DNA from: Candidatus Heimdallarchaeota archaeon B3_Heim
Lineage (GTDB): Archaea; Asgardarchaeota; Heimdallarchaeia; Hodarchaeales; Hodarchaeaceae
Reading direction: 5' to 3'
DNA: 32,000 nt
Assembly (NCBI GenBank): GCA_003144275.1
Contig: NJBF01000003.1
Location: forward strand, 60,001-92,000
In this document: positions 28,036 through 32,000 of the stretch, piece after piece
Position numbering within the stretch: the stretch's first letter is position 1
Layout: every line of letters starts with the position of its first letter
Notes under the pieces: model-generated
What the model saw: only the letters and a program-made list of their open reading frames with translations
What the model was told of the DNA's origin: nothing
The model's database searches: none
Made by a program: the position numbers and the translations under genes

Positions 28036-28866
28036 TCATGAATTTTTAAGGATGTTCTGAGCTTTGGATAAGACGGAATATCCATGTTTGAGGAGATCAC
28101 GATAATATTTCGTCTCAGAAAAGTTTGATAAGAATAGCTTCCATCCTGAAAGATAGAAATTCTGATATGACGTTACAAGGGATGTTAAATCCTGATCAAT
28201 TAGTTCTCTGACAATTTTACTTCTATTCCATGTCCAGATCTCATACGGACTGCACTGCAAGAATTGGGTTAATAATCTAACAGGTGTCGGGGAAACGCGC
28301 CAATTCATACTTCGAAGCTGAATCCAATAATCCAATCCTGATCGGTCAAAAGTTTTTTCTGATAAGGTTTTTAAATATTCAGATAGATCAGATAAGATCC
28401 ATTCTCTGTCTAATTTACGAATAAATTCATCTGTCACTAGATTAGGATTTTCATACCAACCATACAATAATACAATATCATCTGCTCTAGGAAATATGAA
28501 TGTGGGGTCTTTAATAATACTATTCACATTCACTACTTGTACACGCGGTAAATGGAGCGAATGACTACGCATATTGAGGAAAATTTCTTCATATCTTTGT
28601 GCAATATTTATTGCCTCGTTCATGTCGAGAAGACTTAGGGGGTCTTCTCGGTTACTCTCGGTGAAACGAACATGAATGTCCACGTCACTTATGACTGGGA
28701 CATAATCAATTTCTGATTCCCATGGCTTACAGGCGGAACCTTTTGCATAGATTACTTCAATTCTATCTGGAAATTCTTTTGTTCGAATATCCTTCCATAT
28801 ATTTAAACAGGTTTGAACATCTTTACGGGCGACTTTCATCTGGTCTGTGTACAATCGATTTCTCAC
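28036..28866 (-). CDS. Putative Pol-beta-superfamily nucleotidyltransferase-fold protein
   Basis: VIYAKGS...ISDVDIHV resembles the hG[GS]...DhD signature. Confidence 0.55.
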   Translation of the reverse strand: MRNRLYTDQMKVARKDVQTCLNIWKDIRTKEFPDRIEVIYAKGSACKPWESEIDYVPVISDVDIHVRFTESNREDPLSLLDMNEAINIAQRYEEIFLNMRSHSLHLPRVQVVNVNSIIKDPTFIFPRADDIVLLYGWYENPNLVTDEFIRKLDREWILSDLSEYLKTLSEKTFDRSGLDYWIQLRSMNWRVSPTPVRLLTQFLQCSPYEIWTWNRSKIVRELIDQDLTSLVTSYQNFYLSGWKLFLSNFSETKYYRDLLKHGYSVLSKAQNILKNS

Positions 28867-28872
28867 ACCACA

Positions 28873-29328
28873 TTAAATGATATAAGGAATTTTTTTGGGA
28901 ACTAAGCCCAATAGTCTATAATACACCAAAAGCTGTCCTCGGTGTTGAATACTGTGTTCTAATAATTCTAGAAGTAATTCGGCGTGTGTCGCCATACGAT
29001 TTCCCTCTGTATACACATCATTCAGAGACTCTGGTATTATCTCTTCCAAATAGGATTTGGTTCTAGTTACTACCTCCTTATATAGAGCTAATATGCTCTT
29101 AATATTAGGATATTTGTCCAGAGTATAGTTTAAGGGTTCCCAAATATTCTTTGCAAGCCCCTTGGAATAATATTCTATAGAACGAATTATATGTAAAACA
29201 ATTTCTCCTAAAGGACGGCCAGTTTTTACGGGCTCCCTCAAAATCACTTTATCAATTAGTTGGTCCAGTATAAGTGAAGTCTCTTCAAAGTGACGATCGA
29301 TTGCTTTTATTAAAAATTCGTAAACCAC
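28873..29328 (-). CDS. DinB/YfiT family four-helix metalloprotein
   Basis: RPLGEIVLHI and LEHSIQHRGQL (His triad). Confidence 0.88.
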   Translation of the reverse strand: MVYEFLIKAIDRHFEETSLILDQLIDKVILREPVKTGRPLGEIVLHIIRSIEYYSKGLAKNIWEPLNYTLDKYPNIKSILALYKEVVTRTKSYLEEIIPESLNDVYTEGNRMATHAELLLELLEHSIQHRGQLLVYYRLLGLVPKKIPYII

Positions 29329-29453
29329 AATATATTCTCCTGTAGGGTGTTCTTCTATTCTAAAAGCTAAAAAAGCTCTTCACTCTCAATATATTAGATG
29401 GATTTTATATCTATCTTCTTATAGGTAAATGAAGCATACTGAAATGATCTATT

Positions 29454-30569
29454 TTGAAAGCATTACATTCTACGTGTCAAATATGTAATAAAAGAGCAGA
29501 TATTTTTGCTGGATTTATTGGCATATGCCCAGAATGCGTTCGAAAGTATCCTGAAGATTCGGTTGAATTATCCAAGGACTCTCATAGTATTGCACGGGAG
29601 GTCTGGGGATTGCCCAAATCAGTTCCTGATACATCTGATGTTGAATGTCACATTTGTTCCAATCGATGCAGAATTTCTGAAGGTAGTGTGGGTTATTGCG
29701 GAATCAGGACAAACAATCATGGAGTAATACGGAATCGCGCTGGGAAAGGCGGTTTTCTTCATTCATATTTAGATCCTTTACCCACAAATTGTTGTAACAC
29801 CTATTTTTGCCCTGCTGGAAATAATGGGAACAGGTCCCACTATTCTTATACAGATGGTCCTGAAATTGGCTATTATAATCTTGCTTGTTTTTTGTATGGA
29901 TGTAACTACTCATGTCTAGGGTGTCAAAATGATCAGCATCGAAATATCGATACCGCAGAGCACTATTCTGTTGAAAAGTTCGTAAATCGAGTAAATTCAG
30001 AGTCGAGAATATCTTGTGTATGTTTTTTTGGTGGGTCTCCAGACCCCCAATTACCATTTGCCATTCGAGTGGCTAGAAAGGCTTTGAGTAATCTTGATGA
30101 GTCCAGGTCGATCTTAAGAATCTGTTGGGAATGGAATGGGTCAGGAAATGCAAAATTACTTTTAAATGCTGTAAAACTTTCGGCAAAATCGGGTGGTAAT
30201 GCCAAATTTGATCTTAAATACTCATCTTCCGCATTATCTGAAGTAATAAGTGGTGTTTCAAATCAACAATCATTTCGCAACTTCAAAGCATGTTATGATA
30301 AGTTCTATGCAACGAGACCAGATTATCCACTGCTGAGTGCGACGACATTATTAATACCTGGATATGTGAATGAGGATGAAGTTGAAGGTATAGCAAGTTT
30401 TCTCTCCTCATTAGATAGATCTATTCCCTATTCTTTATTGATATTCCACCCTGATTCCTTCTTATCCGATTTACCGATTACACCGCGAAAACAAGTAAAA
30501 AATTGTTATAAGGTTGCACAAAAATATTTAGATAACGTCCATATAGGGAACAAGCATTTACTCTACTAA
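29454..30569 (+). CDS. Radical SAM protein (PflA/AmmeMemoRadiSam-like) with N-terminal Cys clusters
   Basis: GCNYSCLGCQN (CxxxCxxC), N-terminal CQIC/CPEC/CHICSNRC, GYCGIR, TTLLIPGY, FHPDSF. Confidence 0.9.
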   Translation: MKALHSTCQICNKRADIFAGFIGICPECVRKYPEDSVELSKDSHSIAREVWGLPKSVPDTSDVECHICSNRCRISEGSVGYCGIRTNNHGVIRNRAGKGGFLHSYLDPLPTNCCNTYFCPAGNNGNRSHYSYTDGPEIGYYNLACFLYGCNYSCLGCQNDQHRNIDTAEHYSVEKFVNRVNSESRISCVCFFGGSPDPQLPFAIRVARKALSNLDESRSILRICWEWNGSGNAKLLLNAVKLSAKSGGNAKFDLKYSSSALSEVISGVSNQQSFRNFKACYDKFYATRPDYPLLSATTLLIPGYVNEDEVEGIASFLSSLDRSIPYSLLIFHPDSFLSDLPITPRKQVKNCYKVAQKYLDNVHIGNKHLLY

Positions 30570-30607
30570 AATTCTTATATCGGAAATCTTATGGTTGTGA
30601 TGATTAG

Positions 30608-31198
30608 ATGTTTCACCAGATTCCTACAGTGATTAAAGAACGAATGGAGCTATTAGAAAAAGCAGATGCAAAAGATAGACAGGATGATACTCCGAGGTTA
30701 CAACGATTACGTCAAATCCCACCTGAATCGGGAAAAGCTATTTCAATATTGGCTGCATCTGCTCCTGAAGGAGAAATTGTAGAGATTGGGACGAGTGCGG
30801 GATATTCAACATTATGGATCATCCTTGCTTGCCGCTACTTGGAAAAAATCGTAAAAACCTTTGAAATCCTTCCTGCAAAAATTAAACTTGCTGAAGAAAC
30901 ATTTAGTAAAGCAAAAGTAGAGTCATATGTAGAATTGATTTATGGAGACGCAAGAGTCCATTTAAAAAATGTTGATAATATTTCTTTTTGCTTTTTAGAT
31001 GCTGAAAAAGAGTATTATGATGATTGCTATGACTTAATCATTCCAAAGCTTGTGAAAGGAGGATTTTTTGTCGCGGATAATGTAATAAGTCATGAAGAAG
31101 AGCTACAACCCTTTATAGAGAGAACTATGACTGATCCTAGGGTAGATACCCTTATTCTCCCGATTGGAAAGGGATTGCTACTTTCTCGAAAAATATAG
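30608..31198 (+). CDS. Class I SAM-dependent O-methyltransferase (Methyltransf_3-like)
   Basis: VEIGTSAGYSTLW, FLDAEKEYY, GGFFVADN. Confidence 0.92.
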   Translation: MFHQIPTVIKERMELLEKADAKDRQDDTPRLQRLRQIPPESGKAISILAASAPEGEIVEIGTSAGYSTLWIILACRYLEKIVKTFEILPAKIKLAEETFSKAKVESYVELIYGDARVHLKNVDNISFCFLDAEKEYYDDCYDLIIPKLVKGGFFVADNVISHEEELQPFIERTMTDPRVDTLILPIGKGLLLSRKI

Positions 31199-31218
31199 TC
31201 TTGAATTATTAGACTATT

Positions 31219-31650
31219 TCACAGGACTTCTTCAAGTATTTCAACCGTGCTAGCAACAAATTTGGGGCAGTTGTGAAAAACTTTCTTATCGTGAGCAAGC
31301 TTTCGGTTTTCAGGAGTGGTCAAATCAAATTGGATAAGTTCTTTACAATAAACTGTCCCATACTGATCCTCGAACTTTTTTAACACCTTATCTGCTATAT
31401 CATGAGCAGATCTCAGAGGTGTTGAATTGGTATCGTTCTTTCCACCATAACGTAGTCCAATCACCATTAATGCACCACTTAATGCACCGCAAATATTACC
31501 TCTCCTAGCAATTCCCCCACTGAATACTTCTGCTATCTTAAGAGCAGTTTTTTTTCCAATTCCATATTGATTTGCATAGGTAGCTAGTACGGCCTGGGAG
31601 CAATTGTCTCTTTCTTTGAACAAATTTACTGCATGTTCCACTCGTGACAT
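31219..31650 (-). CDS. C_GCAxxG_C_C family putative redox-active protein
   Basis: NCSQAV, GNICGALSG, VYC and HNCPKFV. Confidence 0.9.
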   Translation of the reverse strand: MSRVEHAVNLFKERDNCSQAVLATYANQYGIGKKTALKIAEVFSGGIARRGNICGALSGALMVIGLRYGGKNDTNSTPLRSAHDIADKVLKKFEDQYGTVYCKELIQFDLTTPENRKLAHDKKVFHNCPKFVASTVEILEEVL

Positions 31651-31834
31651 TTCTGGTAAGTCTCTCCTTGCATATCGGTGGTTTTGAATATCTGATTAAA
31701 GATTATTCTTTTCAGAGTTATTCAGTACTTCCGTAAGTTTGTAACCTCCACATTTCTTCTGCCAAAAGGAGTTTCAGATCAGCCAAAATCCAAAAATACT
31801 TATATTCAAGGAACAAAAGATTAGAATAATAGGA

Positions 31835-32000
31835 ATGTATACCCCCATGGTTGCCCCACAGTCACCGTTTGACTCTAAACACAAGCTTCGTGAGTTTATG
31901 ACCATATCGTTAGAAGGAATCGTGGATCTGATGAATTCTCTTGCACATCCAAAAAGGCTGGAAATGCTGATTTCCATGATAGGTGGAGACAATATCACGT
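31835..32000 (+). CDS. ArsR/SmtB-type winged-helix regulator, 3'-partial
   Basis: Not in the ORF track. Manual translation: MYTPMVAPQSPFDSKHKLREFMTISLEGIVDLMNSLAHPKRLEMLISMIGG..., where SLAHPKRLEML is the ArsR helix-1 motif. The frame is open to the window end; the start could also be 31847 or 31898. Confidence 0.7.
   Translation, partial: MYTPMVAPQSPFDSKHKLREFMTISLEGIVDLMNSLAHPKRLEMLISMIGGDNIT

Noticed and set aside
31774-31998. 74-aa minus-strand ORF
   Set aside because: It is antisense to the better supported ArsR-like ORF on the plus strand.
1-32000. CRISPR array, rRNA, tRNA, and the remaining short antisense ORFs inside long genes
   Set aside because: No regularly spaced repeat-spacer units or RNA-gene signatures were seen by eye; the antisense ORFs are shadows of well supported genes.

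Overview
AT-rich archaeal window, most likely from an Asgard archaeon (Heimdallarchaeia/Hodarchaeales-like). This is inferred from a Rab-like GTPase, roadblock/LC7 proteins, an FN3 surface protein with a PGF-CTERM-like tail and GGTGA-type ribosome-binding sites. Positions 1-4.4 kb hold a partial FtsX-type ABC permease, a structured intergenic region, two paralogous membrane proteins and an XRE regulator. Positions ~4.5-17.2 kb are a decaying accessory region: frameshifted ABC ATPase and M48 peptidase, nonsense-disrupted MFS, a tnpB remnant, a complete IS701-like element with an amber stop plus a solo right end, and several orphans. Positions 18-32 kb are intact genes: a roadblock pair (the second a large multi-domain protein), CoA-dehydratase activase, Ser/Thr dehydratase, nitroreductase, an MFS-Old Yellow Enzyme fusion, cyclophilin, flavodoxin, Rab-like GTPase, NTase-fold protein, DinB, radical SAM, O-methyltransferase, C_GCAxxG_C_C protein and a partial ArsR regulator. 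The best novelty candidates are the MFS::degenerate-OYE fusion, the roadblock/winged-helix/Zn-finger scaffold operon and a dispersed 40-bp palindromic repeat. No rRNA, tRNA or CRISPR array was seen. All calls come from manual reading and motif recognition; no database search was run.
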